Source: Deltaproteobacteria bacterium
GTDB lineage: Bacteria; Myxococcota_A; UBA9160; SMWR01
DNA length: 64,000 nucleotides
NCBI GenBank assembly: GCA_032128375.1
Contig: JAQBGU010000107.1
Coordinates: 1 to 64,000 of the forward strand
Direction of reading: 5' to 3'
The notes beneath the pieces are model-generated. The model made no database searches and was not told where the DNA came from. It saw only the letters and a list, made by a program, of their open reading frames with translations. A program made the position numbers and the translations under genes. This document shows positions 39,718 through 49,746 of the stretch, in pieces (position 1 is the first letter of the stretch; every line of letters begins with the position of its first letter).

Positions 39718-40962
39718 TCAAAGGAGCTTTATCGTACCTGTGGGGGCGTCCAACGGCTGGACGGACGCTACGACGGCTTCGAGCTGCGCGCGTGCGAGCC
39801 GAATCGAAAGTCGATCCCCGGTGGCGAGTTGGTCCGCGGATCGCGGGATCGAACCGTCCCCCGCGTGCCGCACCAACGCATAGCCCCGACCCAACACCCC
39901 GAGTGGCGAAAGCGAGTCTAGCCTGCCGCCCAACCCGGCCAACGCCGCCCGCGCGCGAACCAAGTGTGCGCTTGCCGCGCGCCCGAGTGCGCGCGACGCG
40001 GCCTCGAAGCGCGCGCGTTGGGTCGCCAACCGCGCGGATGGAGCGAGCGCGCGCAGTGCTTCGCTCTCTTTTTCGAGTCGCGCCCGAGCGCTCTTGGTGA
40101 TCGAGGCTATCGCTCGCAGCATCCGCTGCCAATCGCGTTGCAGGTGACGCGCCAGCTGGGTCCCGTCAGGCACCGCAAGTTCTGCAGCGGCCGACGGAGT
40201 CGCCGCGCGCGCGTCCGCCGCAAGGTCGGCGATCGTCACGTCTAGCTCGTGCCCCACACCCGAAATCACGGGTACCGCGGCGCGCACGATCGCGCGGGCA
40301 ACCGCTTCCGAATTGAACGCAGCCAGGTCCTCGAGCGAGCCACCGCCTCGAACGAGCAAGATCAGATCGACCCCGGGCCTGCCGCTCAATCGATCGAGCG
40401 CGGCAGCGATCTCTGCATCGGATCCGTCGCCCTGCACACGGGTAGCCGAGATCGTAATGGCTGCGCCGGGGTAGCGTCGACCGGTGACGCTCAACACGTC
40501 GCGGATAGCGGCCCCAGTCGGCGAGGTGACTACACCGAGATGCCTCGGCCGTTCTGGCAACGCACGTTTGCGTCGCGGATCGAACAATCCTTCGGCTTCG
40601 AGCCGATTGCGAAGCTGCTCGAACGCCAGTTGCAGCGCACCAAGTCCCCGCGGCTCGAGTTCGCGAACGATCAGTTGCAGATCACCGCGAGCCTCGTAAA
40701 TCGAGACCTCGGCGTAGACCAATACTTCGAGTCCGTCTTCCGGATCGAACTTCAGCCGGCGCGCCGCATTGCGAAACAGCGCCGCGCGAAGCTGCCCGGA
40801 AGCGTCCTTGAGTGTGAAATAGATGTGACCGGACTTTGCCAGGTGCACGTTGCTGAGCTCGCCTACGATCCAGATACGACCGATGCGTTGCTCGACGATC
40901 GACCGGACACCGGCCAGCACCTGCGCCACCGTGTAGATTCGCTTCGCGTCGGGCTCGCTCAT
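39718..40962 (-). CDS. xseA: Exodeoxyribonuclease VII large subunit
   Basis: GELSN...SGHIYFTLKD, VTSPTGAA, RGGGSLEDL, GVGHE.D, TPSAAAE. Confidence 0.97.
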   Translation of the reverse strand: MSEPDAKRIYTVAQVLAGVRSIVEQRIGRIWIVGELSNVHLAKSGHIYFTLKDASGQLRAALFRNAARRLKFDPEDGLEVLVYAEVSIYEARGDLQLIVRELEPRGLGALQLAFEQLRNRLEAEGLFDPRRKRALPERPRHLGVVTSPTGAAIRDVLSVTGRRYPGAAITISATRVQGDGSDAEIAAALDRLSGRPGVDLILLVRGGGSLEDLAAFNSEAVARAIVRAAVPVISGVGHELDVTIADLAADARAATPSAAAELAVPDGTQLARHLQRDWQRMLRAIASITKSARARLEKESEALRALAPSARLATQRARFEAASRALGRAASAHLVRARAALAGLGGRLDSLSPLGVLGRGYALVRHAGDGSIPRSADQLATGDRLSIRLARAQLEAVVASVQPLDAPTGTIKLL

Positions 40963-40987
40963 ACCTTCTGGGGGACGGCGGCCACGT

Positions 40988-42403
40988 TCAGGGTTGATTC
41001 TCCCGCGCGTTCGCTTGCAGCGACGGGGTTTTTTCGGCGTCGCGCATGTGCTCGAAGTAGGTCCAGCTCTTCAACACTTCGAGGGCGCGCGTGAGTTGGA
41101 CGTCAGGTCTTTCCGCGGTTTCGGCTTCAATCGACTCTGTCAAACGAGCGTCTGGCCCCAAGCCGTCTCCTTCGGTCGCCTCGTCCGGTGAAGCGTCGTC
41201 CTGGGTGAAGTGGCCCTCGAGATCGGACTCGCGCACTCTTCTGCGCGCTTTGCCTGTGGCGGCCACGACGACGGGGTCGACTACGATGTCCGGCGCAATC
41301 CCGACTTCTTGAATCGAGCGACCCGACGGCGTGTAATACAGCGCGGTCGTCAAGCGCAGCCCGTGATTTCCCTCGAGCGGGTAAACCGTCTGCACTGAAC
41401 CCTTCCCGAACGTCTGCTGGCCGACGATCAATGCGCGGCGTTGGTCCTGGAGCGCTCCTGCGACGATCTCCGAGGCACTCGCTGAACCCGGGTTGACCAG
41501 AACGGTGATCGGATAATTCGGTTCCGTGCCGGTAGCCTGCGCCCTGTACTCCTGACGCTGGCTGGCGTCTCGACCTTCGGTGTACACAACGAGTCCTTCG
41601 TCCAACCAGGTATCGGAAATTTTGACGGCCTGGTCGAGCAGGCCTCCCGGGTTGTCGCGCAGATCGATCACGAGACCACGGAAGGGCTCGTCCGAATCTT
41701 CGCGCATTCGCTTCAATCCCTCCTGCAGTTCATCTACCGTCCGCTCGGCGAACGAGCGGATTCGAACGTACGCGTAGCCCGGCTCGAGCATCCGGCTGGT
41801 CACGGAAACCACCTGGACGACGTCACGCACAACCGTGAAGGGCCGAGGCTCGCTGAACCCCTCACGGTAGATCTCGATCGTGATCTCGGTCCCGCGCCTG
41901 CCGCGCATCAGAGACACCGCCTCGATCAGCGTCATGTTCTTGGTCGCGCGACACTTCTCGTCCCAGTCTTCGGGGACCACGGTCGGACAGATTTTGATGA
42001 TCTGATCGCGCGATTCGATTCCCGCCCGGTCTGCCGGAGTGCCCTCGATTGGAGCGATTACCTCGATGTAACCATCCGGGTCTTTCGTGATCTCGATGCC
42101 GAGTCCGTGAAATTCGCCGCGGGTGTCGACCTGCATCTCCTGATACTGCTCGACGTCCAGAAACGAAGAATGCGGGTCGAGTCCGCTAAGCATCCCGCTC
42201 ACGGCCCCCCGGATCAGCGTCCCATCCTCGATCGGCTCGACGTAGTGGGTGCGAACCAGCGTCAGCACATTCGTGAACAGGCTGAGATCGTCGTACCGGG
42301 TCTGCGCCGAATTCACGATACTCGGCGACAAACCGGATACCGCCGCGGCGACCACCACGCCCGCTAAAAACGTCAACATGAATCGAATTCTGAGTCGTCG
42401 CAT
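40988..42403 (-). CDS. ctpA: S41 carboxyl-terminal processing protease
   Basis: LDPHS, GLGIEI PDZ, DLRDNPGGLL, SASASEIV, TFGKGSVQ, YYTPSG.SIQ. Confidence 0.95.
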   Translation of the reverse strand: MRRLRIRFMLTFLAGVVVAAAVSGLSPSIVNSAQTRYDDLSLFTNVLTLVRTHYVEPIEDGTLIRGAVSGMLSGLDPHSSFLDVEQYQEMQVDTRGEFHGLGIEITKDPDGYIEVIAPIEGTPADRAGIESRDQIIKICPTVVPEDWDEKCRATKNMTLIEAVSLMRGRRGTEITIEIYREGFSEPRPFTVVRDVVQVVSVTSRMLEPGYAYVRIRSFAERTVDELQEGLKRMREDSDEPFRGLVIDLRDNPGGLLDQAVKISDTWLDEGLVVYTEGRDASQRQEYRAQATGTEPNYPITVLVNPGSASASEIVAGALQDQRRALIVGQQTFGKGSVQTVYPLEGNHGLRLTTALYYTPSGRSIQEVGIAPDIVVDPVVVAATGKARRRVRESDLEGHFTQDDASPDEATEGDGLGPDARLTESIEAETAERPDVQLTRALEVLKSWTYFEHMRDAEKTPSLQANARENQP

Positions 42404-42549
42404 GGATCGGATCTCCGTTGGGTGCTCTCGTCTGCGGATTTCTTGTTTCTTTGGTTTTTTGCCAATCACAACTCTACCCCGTCCCGGCGCGGGCGCGAGC
42501 AAACTGTGATCGATGCTCTCGGATCTGGCTGCCCATCCGTGTCAATTCA

Positions 42550-43725
42550 TCAACTGGATTGGCTCGCTCCCATCGGAACGAGCCAATCTGCCGGGTCTTG
42601 CGGCTCGCCGCCGTGACGAATCTCGAAGTACAGCCTGGCGCCGAGCAGAGATCCCGTGTCGCCCACCGTCCCGACCACTGCCCCGGAAGCGACGTTATCA
42701 CCGACATCGACGCGAATTTCCTCCAGGTGTCCGAGCACGGTGAAGTACTCATCGCCGTGGTCGAGGATGACAATTTTCCCGTAACCGCGAAACCAGCCGG
42801 CGAGACGGACGAGACCAGGCGCGACTGAGCGCACGGGCGTGCCCATCGCTGCATCGAACTCGACGCCCTTGTGGAAGGTCTTGGTGTGAAATTCGGCGTC
42901 GACGACCCGTCCGAAGTGTTTCGCGATCGGCGCTAGGACTGGCGGGCGCAATCGTGTGCGGAGCGACTCGAACGGTATCGCGACAAGCTGGTACTCGGCT
43001 TTCTGTGTCGCCTCGAGCGATAGCAGGGTTTCCTCCAGCGCACGCGCAGCAATCTCCATTTCGACGAGTGCCGACCGCTCGCTCGTGCGGTCGCCTTGCA
43101 GCCGGGTGAGTAGCCGCCGCTTCACGATTCGCTCTCGCTCGAGTTGTGCCGTGCGATCGTTCAAATCTGCAAGCACCTCGTCGCGGCTTGCCAACGCATC
43201 CCGCGCCCGGGCTTCTACATCGACCAACGCCGCAGATTCGATTCGGTGTCGATCGAGTAGTTGAGCGTCGTGATCCAACAATTGTTGCAGGGTGCGCACA
43301 CGGGCGAGTAGATCCTGGATACCCTCCGCGGCGAACAGCAGCGCAACAGGCCCGATTTCGCCGGCCCGATACAACGCCACCGCTCGGGCGGCCATTGCGC
43401 GCTCAGTGGCGCGCTGGCGCTCGAGAAGTCGGACCACCTCCAACTCGACGTTCGCAAGCGTGGAACTCGCTGCTTCAGCCCGGCGCCGGACAGACACGAG
43501 ATTGTGCCGGAGCGCCGACGTGCTTCGATCGATCGCCTCCAGTGTCTCGAGCAGGCCACGTTGTTCGCGCTCGTAGGTTGCGACGCGCTCGCGACTGCCG
43601 CGGATGGCACTGCGCAACTGGTCAAGATTCTGGCCGTTGTTGTCGACGGCCAGCGCGAGACCGGTTGGCCCGACCCCGAAAGACAGCCATGCGGTCAATG
43701 CAACCGCAGCCCTGCGAGCCATCAC
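42550..43725 (-). CDS. envC: Murein hydrolase activator EnvC (coiled coil + M23/LytM)
   Basis: Long coiled coil; HKGVEF, GYG...ILDHG, LYFEIR; downstream of ftsX. Confidence 0.88.
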   Translation of the reverse strand: MMARRAAVALTAWLSFGVGPTGLALAVDNNGQNLDQLRSAIRGSRERVATYEREQRGLLETLEAIDRSTSALRHNLVSVRRRAEAASSTLANVELEVVRLLERQRATERAMAARAVALYRAGEIGPVALLFAAEGIQDLLARVRTLQQLLDHDAQLLDRHRIESAALVDVEARARDALASRDEVLADLNDRTAQLERERIVKRRLLTRLQGDRTSERSALVEMEIAARALEETLLSLEATQKAEYQLVAIPFESLRTRLRPPVLAPIAKHFGRVVDAEFHTKTFHKGVEFDAAMGTPVRSVAPGLVRLAGWFRGYGKIVILDHGDEYFTVLGHLEEIRVDVGDNVASGAVVGTVGDTGSLLGARLYFEIRHGGEPQDPADWLVPMGASQSS

Positions 43726-44639
43726 GAGCGAAAGCCCGCGGTGATCGCACCAGCCGATCCGATCAACCCCAGTGCCGCGCCTCCGCCCACGACCATGGCC
43801 GACTCGATCGTGGAAAAAAACCGCGGCGTCGAACCGACGATCATCTCCAGACCCGACTCGAGGCCGGGTAGCGCCAGTTCAAATATCGCGAACAGGATCG
43901 CCAACGCGATGACACCGCCCGCCCCACCCTGTAACAGCCCCTCGAGCAGGAATGGAGTCCGGATGAACCCGCGGCTCGCTCCCACCAGCGACAGAATCTC
44001 CAGTTCGTCGCTGCGAGAGATGATTCCCAGCCGAATGGTGTTGGCAACGATCAGCAGCGTCGCGAGAGCCAGGATGAGTCCCAACCCCGTCCCGATCGTT
44101 CGCACCATCGATATCGCGTGGAGGTATCCCTCGACCCAGTCGCGTCCGGAACTGAGGTCGTCGATGCCAGCGAGTTCCTGGATCGATATGGACACCGCGG
44201 CCAAGCCGTCGGCTGAGCGTTTGTCGGGCGAAAGCACGATTTCGAGCGACGCGGGCAACGGGTTCGCATCCAACCCTTCGAGCAATCGAACTCCGCTTCC
44301 AACCGAAGCCCGAAACCGCTCGAGCGCCTGTTCGGGAGACACCCGACTCACTTCGGCAACGCCCGCCAACGCCGCGACTCGGACGGCCAGATCACGCCGT
44401 GCATCCGGCGAGAGATCCGACTCGAGATAGGCGGTGATCCGCAATTCGTCGCCAAATTCGTTGATCAGTTCTTCCATGTTGTAGACGAGCAGCAGGAATG
44501 CACCGACGAGAACCAACATGACACCGATCGTCAATACCGCAACGCCAGTGGTTCCCCTGCTCGCCCACAAGCCGCGAAACGCGGTGTGAACGAAATAGAT
44601 CATCCGGTAGAGCGCGCCCGACCACACCGAACGACTCAT
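43722..44639 (-). CDS. ftsX: Cell division permease FtsX
   Basis: NPLPAS, NTIRL...E..IL.LVGA...FI..PFLLEG. Confidence 0.93.
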   Translation of the reverse strand: MSRSVWSGALYRMIYFVHTAFRGLWASRGTTGVAVLTIGVMLVLVGAFLLLVYNMEELINEFGDELRITAYLESDLSPDARRDLAVRVAALAGVAEVSRVSPEQALERFRASVGSGVRLLEGLDANPLPASLEIVLSPDKRSADGLAAVSISIQELAGIDDLSSGRDWVEGYLHAISMVRTIGTGLGLILALATLLIVANTIRLGIISRSDELEILSLVGASRGFIRTPFLLEGLLQGGAGGVIALAILFAIFELALPGLESGLEMIVGSTPRFFSTIESAMVVGGGAALGLIGSAGAITAGFRS

Positions 44640-45379
44640 CGGGAAACCCCTGGCGGCCGCGCGTCTTCGGTGAGCTTACCGCCTTCGAGCCGAAGGGTGC
44701 GCTTTCGATATCGCTTGACCAGGTCCAATTCGTGTGTCGCAACGACTACACAGGTGCCACGCAGCGCGGTGCCGGCGATCAGATCCATGATATCGACGGT
44801 GAGATCCGGGTCGAGATTTCCGGTCGGCTCGTCAGCGAGCAGGATTTCCGGCTCGTTGACCAGTGCGCGGGCCAACGCTACGCGTTGCTGTTCGCCACCC
44901 GAAAGAGCGAGCGGATAGTGGTCTCGGCGATGTTGAAGGCCGAGCTGCTTGAGAATCGCGAAGACTTTCGCGCGTGTCTTTCGAGGCGGACACCCGGTGA
45001 CATGCAGCGCCACCGCGACGTTCTCTGAGACCGTTCGTCGACTCAACAGCTTGAAATCCTGGAATACGACACCAATACGCCGCCGCAGCGGCGGGATCGC
45101 CGATTCGCCCAGCCGCGCAATATTGCGCCCCAGTACGACAATCTGGCCTTCACTGGGTCGCTCGGCGCCGAATAGGAGATTCAGCAGAGTCGATTTCCCG
45201 GCGCCACTCGGGCCGGTCAAGAAGACCATCTCCCCCTTCGCGAGTTCCAGGCTGATGTCGCAAAGCGCATTCGTCCCCGCCAGGTACGACTTGGAAACGT
45301 GGAACATCCGGATCGCGCCGTCGCTGCCGAGTCCGGCAGTTGCGGAACCAAAGCCCCGCATCCGCGAGCGCTGACTCAC
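44636..45379 (-). CDS. ftsE: Cell division ATP-binding protein FtsE
   Basis: GPSGAGKST, LRRRIGVVFQDFKLL, LSGGEQQR, ADEPTGNLD. Confidence 0.95.
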   Translation of the reverse strand: MSQRSRMRGFGSATAGLGSDGAIRMFHVSKSYLAGTNALCDISLELAKGEMVFLTGPSGAGKSTLLNLLFGAERPSEGQIVVLGRNIARLGESAIPPLRRRIGVVFQDFKLLSRRTVSENVAVALHVTGCPPRKTRAKVFAILKQLGLQHRRDHYPLALSGGEQQRVALARALVNEPEILLADEPTGNLDPDLTVDIMDLIAGTALRGTCVVVATHELDLVKRYRKRTLRLEGGKLTEDARPPGVSR

Positions 45380-45984
45380 GCTTTGGAGCGCGTTTTGACG
45401 GGCGAACGTCGGTCCGACGAGCGCTCGCGGGCCTTTTGGACCAGGTATTCCAGGATCACCTCGTCGAGTGGCTTCTGCGGGTCGATGCTGTCGCCAAATG
45501 CTGCTCTGGCGCCTGGCCGCGCGGCTTGCATGTTCAAAAGCGGCTCACCCGCCAGGCTCGGGTCGGTGTCGAATTGTGGTGTCGTCACGCTGCCGGTGAT
45601 GGCGCCAGTTTGGATCAGCTGGGCAGCGGATGGGTCGGCATGCTCGGCGGCAAAAGGCTCGGCGTGCGACACCGCCGCATCGATCTCGGGTGCTGTGACG
45701 CTCGCCCGTCGGTCAGGGAGCCGTTCCGCGATCGCAGCGTCGAATTCGCCACGTCGAAGTGCTTTTAGCATCGCCTTGTGTTGCTCTTCGATTCGGCTTC
45801 TCACTTCACGGTCGAGATCCGGCGACTCCACCGCATCCGAATAGTCCTGTTTGCGAGATCCAACGATCGTGCCGCCGGAGTAGACGTGACTGATGATGTG
45901 CGGGTTCGCGCGACCACTGTCCTCTGTCTGGACGTGGAATACCCTCTCACGGTGGCGAATATTCGTGTTGCAGCCAGTGATCAT
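45376..45984 (-). CDS. Hypothetical protein coupled to ftsE
   Basis: MITGCNTNIRH....FHVQTEDSG..NP...H N-terminal domain and C-terminal PLDEVILEYL; stop overlaps the ftsE start. Confidence 0.75.
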   Translation of the reverse strand: MITGCNTNIRHRERVFHVQTEDSGRANPHIISHVYSGGTIVGSRKQDYSDAVESPDLDREVRSRIEEQHKAMLKALRRGEFDAAIAERLPDRRASVTAPEIDAAVSHAEPFAAEHADPSAAQLIQTGAITGSVTTPQFDTDPSLAGEPLLNMQAARPGARAAFGDSIDPQKPLDEVILEYLVQKARERSSDRRSPVKTRSKA

Positions 45985-46188
45985 CGCCGGTGTCGGCCCC
46001 CTGCGAACCGCTTGAACGCGCGAGTCTGGTACGCCAGCTGGCCGTTGTCGACTCGGCCTGGCAAGACTTCGCGCAATCGGGCGAGTCCATTTGGAGAATC
46101 GGCGAATTGGCAGACGAGCTGAAGCCCGACATCGTCGCATTCAGGCCCCAGGGCCCATGCAGGGGGGGGTGGAATCGGCCTCGCCGGA

Positions 46189-46221
46189 AGCCCCAACCCG
46201 CCCACTTGGCGGGTTGGGGCT
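46189..46221. terminator. Perfect 14-bp GC-rich hairpin (possible terminator or processing stem; no U-tract)
   Basis: agccccaacccgcc-cactt-ggcgggttggggct. Confidence 0.5.
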
Positions 46222-46276
46222 CGGTGGCGGCGTCGATAGGGGGGCTGGGGATCGCCGCCGGAGGGTCCTGTGGAAC

Positions 46277-46981
46277 CTACAGCTGACAGCGCTTTCCACT
46301 GAGTTGCGGCGAGCCGGAACGTCGCATTCGATGGCGCGATCTCACCAGCGCGAGCAGCCCGACGGTAAGCAACGCCATTGGCTGCGGTTCTGGCACCGAC
46401 AGGAGTTCGAAACTTCCGGGACTCGGAATTTCTTGAATCCGGAAATCAGCCAGATTGTCGTCGGTATCGACGTCCGCGAATATTCGCGCCAGGCTCGATC
46501 CAGCCGGGGGATCGGGTGCCGGGCTCCCCTCGCCGGCGAACACTTCACCGATGCCGAAGCTGCCGTAGCCCACTGCATCCAAGACCTCGGCGGCGTTGCG
46601 CAATACGATGGAATCTGGGCCGTTTTGGAAGTCGAAATTTGCGATCTGGTCGGCGCCCGGCACGAGAGATGTGCCATCGCCGCTGTCATCAGCAACGACG
46701 AAGATCCCTTCCGGAGAAAAGATTCCGACCAGCGCGATCGTAGGTCCGAAGTCGCCATTGGCGCCGTTGACCCCTTCGAGAAACAGGCCCTCTGTCGAGG
46801 TCCCCGGCTCACCATAGAGTTCAACGAACGACTGACCGTTGTCAGAACCGACTGCGTCGTAGTAGATCTCTGAAATCAGCGGCACCGCGCTGGCAACAGA
46901 CGCAAGCAAGATCGCCCCGACCAAGGCTGAAATCGGGAGCGCCGGTCCCCATGAGAAGCTGCGAGGTTTCTGATCGGCCAT
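46277..46981 (-). CDS. Lamin-tail-domain protein with PEP-CTERM sorting signal (start could be 47071)
   Basis: Signal peptide ..VASA; LISEIYYD..G.D...FVELY; QNGPD; C-terminal VPEP + TM + basic residues. Confidence 0.85.
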   Translation of the reverse strand: MADQKPRSFSWGPALPISALVGAILLASVASAVPLISEIYYDAVGSDNGQSFVELYGEPGTSTEGLFLEGVNGANGDFGPTIALVGIFSPEGIFVVADDSGDGTSLVPGADQIANFDFQNGPDSIVLRNAAEVLDAVGYGSFGIGEVFAGEGSPAPDPPAGSSLARIFADVDTDDNLADFRIQEIPSPGSFELLSVPEPQPMALLTVGLLALVRSRHRMRRSGSPQLSGKRCQL

Positions 46982-47002
46982 GCGGGCCGATCGAGCCTGG
47001 GT

Positions 47003-47074
47003 TTGGATCGCAAATTGAATCGCAAATTGAATCGCAGATTGGATCACTTTTTGAATCACTGTATCGGTCACTGT
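47003..47074. repeat. 12-bp degenerate tandem repeat x6 at a gene junction
   Basis: ttggatcgcaaa ttgaatcgcaaa ttgaatcgcaga ttggatcacttt ttgaatcactgt atcggtcactgt. Confidence 0.9.
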
Positions 47075-48975
47075 AAAATACTCTCCGATGCGTTCGGGAC
47101 CGGGCTAGGTGCATCACCCGAATCTCGGGCCATGCTGTGACGCCTGGGATCTCGCGGAGCGGGATCGCGTTGTGTCGAACCCGCAAGCGGGTCGGACTCG
47201 GGGAGTCGGCGGGAGAACCAACCACCAGTCCACGCATCGATTCCCGCAGCGAGTTGGTCCGCGCGAATCTGCAGCGGTAGCCCGTCGCCGTCCCCGCTTA
47301 TGGAATGGATTTCGGCGAGCACACGCTGTCTCTCGAAGTACAGCTGCGTCACCTCATCGAGCACTTCGTCTCGCAACTCGATGATCTCGCGCGCCTCTCG
47401 CGAAATGTCGAGCCGCTCCGGGTGGTACGCGATGTCGCCGAGGTCCCAGACCAGGCTGAGTCGGAGTTCCAATCCTGTCGCGCGATCGCGATCTGAATCT
47501 CTCAGCTCACGGAGTCCCCCCGACAGGTAAGCCTCGTCGTAGTCCCAGCTCCGCGATTTGTCTCTGTCACGGGAGATCGAGAAGGCAACGGCCGGAAGCC
47601 AGCCTCGACGATCCAGTCCCCGGTTGATCTCGCGAACCCGGCCTGGATCGAGTTCGAGGTAATCGAGTGCGGCTCGGTGAACCCGATCGATACCCGGATC
47701 CGCCGAATCGTGTTGCGGCAGACTCGGCGGAACAGCGACTCCCAAACCCGCGGTACCCACCATCAGACCACGATCGGTCGCGACATAGAGGGCGTGTTCG
47801 ATTTCGCTGTCGGCGCTCTCGCGACCGATCGCCGCCAAATCCCCGATTGGACGGGTCGCAAACGGGCCGTTCGCAGGCAGCCACGGTCCGCGCAGGTTCC
47901 GCGAGCGGAACAGTCCCCGGTCCGACGCGAGCCAGCACCAGCCTATTGCCTGAGCGAGTTCGACGATCGACGCGCCCGGAGCCAATTCCGGGCGCAGCAC
48001 ATCCCAACCGAGCCCTGATTCCATGGAATCGTCGGCTCGGCTCACGACGATTGCAGAGTCGTAGACGACGACAATCTCAGAGCCGTCGATGTCGAGCGCG
48101 ATGTCGACCGCTTCGCCACGTCCCGGCCCCAATGGCAGCTCGATTGGACTCGCACTTGTCTGATGGAAGAGAGTCTGATGGAAGAGAGTCTGATGGATAC
48201 TGGTTTGCTGAGATAGCGCCTGCGTGGATCGGGACGGAGTCTGAGGCGTCGCAGACACTGCGGCTTGTAGAAACACCCGCCACAGCTGACCGCGAATGAC
48301 GGCCCAACACTCGATTCCGTCGCTGCGCTCCTTCAGCGCGACACTGGAGGCTGGACCGGTGGGTACCCCCCCGCCGAGTCGCTGCCATACCTGCGCATCA
48401 AGCGACAGGAACACCCCGTCGGCGGTCGCAATCGCGGTTACCCGGCCCGCCGTCGCGATACGCGACACATCCGCAGCGCCCGCACCCGGCGCCGGAGCGA
48501 CCGGGCGACCAGCGGATGCGAAATCCGCCCGATACAGCCCTGATTCGGTAGCGATCAACAAGTCGGGTGAATGCGTCCCGATCGCTGCGACGAATCGGAC
48601 TTCCCGCACGGCACCTCGAAGCCAGTGCCTGCGCAGCGCGTCGGGTCCGCTCCCAACCAATACGCCGCGCGAGTCCCCTACCGCGAACGCGAATCGCGCC
48701 CCCGGTGCGATGGCGACCGCGTGGATCGCATCGCGAGCGGCCGCGAGAGCAACCGTTTCCCACCGGACTTCCAAGGGAAGTTGAGCCGAACGCTCGTCGG
48801 AACGCTCGTTGAAGCTCTCGTCGGAGCTCTGGTTGGAGCTGGCAGTTCCGGGGGCGAGTGTCGAAGCGAGTGAAGCCAGAACAGCGAGGATTGCGGTCGC
48901 GAGGATCTGGATCGTTCCGACCTTGCTCGTGGGTCGTTTCGAGGAGCGCACCACAAGGGAAAGAGCAAGATGCAT
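47068..48975 (-). CDS. Exported protein: beta-propeller-like N-terminal region + C-terminal helical/beta region resembling an outer-membrane efflux (TolC-like) repeat
   Basis: Signal peptide; repeated AT..G(L/V)(Y/F) blades; C-terminal WLP...WDLGD...LRDEVLDEVTQLYFER...IDAWTGGWFS. Confidence 0.65.
   Translation of the reverse strand: MHLALSLVVRSSKRPTSKVGTIQILATAILAVLASLASTLAPGTASSNQSSDESFNERSDERSAQLPLEVRWETVALAAARDAIHAVAIAPGARFAFAVGDSRGVLVGSGPDALRRHWLRGAVREVRFVAAIGTHSPDLLIATESGLYRADFASAGRPVAPAPGAGAADVSRIATAGRVTAIATADGVFLSLDAQVWQRLGGGVPTGPASSVALKERSDGIECWAVIRGQLWRVFLQAAVSATPQTPSRSTQALSQQTSIHQTLFHQTLFHQTSASPIELPLGPGRGEAVDIALDIDGSEIVVVYDSAIVVSRADDSMESGLGWDVLRPELAPGASIVELAQAIGWCWLASDRGLFRSRNLRGPWLPANGPFATRPIGDLAAIGRESADSEIEHALYVATDRGLMVGTAGLGVAVPPSLPQHDSADPGIDRVHRAALDYLELDPGRVREINRGLDRRGWLPAVAFSISRDRDKSRSWDYDEAYLSGGLRELRDSDRDRATGLELRLSLVWDLGDIAYHPERLDISREAREIIELRDEVLDEVTQLYFERQRVLAEIHSISGDGDGLPLQIRADQLAAGIDAWTGGWFSRRLPESDPLAGSTQRDPAPRDPRRHSMARDSGDAPSPVPNASESILQ
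48158..48217. repeat. 15-bp in-frame tandem repeat x4
   Basis: gtctgatggaagaga x2, gtctgatggatactg, gtttgctgagatagc; encodes QTSIHQTLFHQTLFHQT. Confidence 0.9.
48788..48835. repeat. 12-bp in-frame degenerate tandem repeat x4
   Basis: gaacgctcgtcg gaacgctcgttg aagctctcgtcg gagctctggttg; encodes NQSSDESFNERSDERS. Confidence 0.8.
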
Positions 48976-49153
48976 GCCGTCGCACCGATCATTCGGTCGG
49001 GATCAGCAAGCGCGCGAAATGCGGATGGATTTCGGTCTCCGCGAGAGCGCGATCGAGGGCCCGGGTGAACCACTGGGCTCGCGCCCGGACCCAACGCCCG
49101 CTGACACCCGGCTTCCTTGACGGTTGCAGACACCTCCAGAACACTCATCGGTC

Positions 49154-49735
49154 ATGTCCAAGCGCCTCGACCGATGGCTCGTCCCGCTGCTTGGCGTCGC
49201 GATCTTGTTCGCCGCCGTGCGGGAAGTACAGGCCGGTGAAGCCGTGGGCGAGCCCGAGCTGTACCGTTGGCTCGACCGAAACGGGGTCGTCCGCTACACG
49301 CCCGACCTCGACCGAATTCCGGACACGCGTCGCAAGACTGCGATTCGCGTCATATCGGGAACCAACCCTCTGGGCGAGCCGCTGGAGACCCCGACCGCGC
49401 CGGCCTCACTTGCCCCGCTCGGCCCAGCCCTGGCCGGCGCCGACCCATTCAACGCGCCTGCCGAGCTGCGGCGGGTCGAAAGCGAGCAGCTCGCCACCCA
49501 TGCCGAGTTCGGCGGCAATACGTGGCCCGAACTCGACGCGCGCATCTCCGAACTCGAAATTTTGATCCAGGCCGACGAAGAGATCATCAAGGAAATGATC
49601 TCGGCACCTTCCAGTGAGGGCAGCGACGAACTGATCTACTCGCCCGTGCTGCGCCAGATCGCGTCGCGCCTGCCCATTTTGCAGGGCGAGCTCAACGAGT
49701 TGCTGCGCTGGCGCGAGCAGCCACAGGATCGATAG
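49154..49735 (+). CDS. DUF4124-like exported protein with C-terminal coiled coil
   Basis: Signal peptide; LYRWLDRNGVVRYT. Confidence 0.7.
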   Translation: MSKRLDRWLVPLLGVAILFAAVREVQAGEAVGEPELYRWLDRNGVVRYTPDLDRIPDTRRKTAIRVISGTNPLGEPLETPTAPASLAPLGPALAGADPFNAPAELRRVESEQLATHAEFGGNTWPELDARISELEILIQADEEIIKEMISAPSSEGSDELIYSPVLRQIASRLPILQGELNELLRWREQPQDR

Positions 49736-49746
49736 GTACCGGAGCC

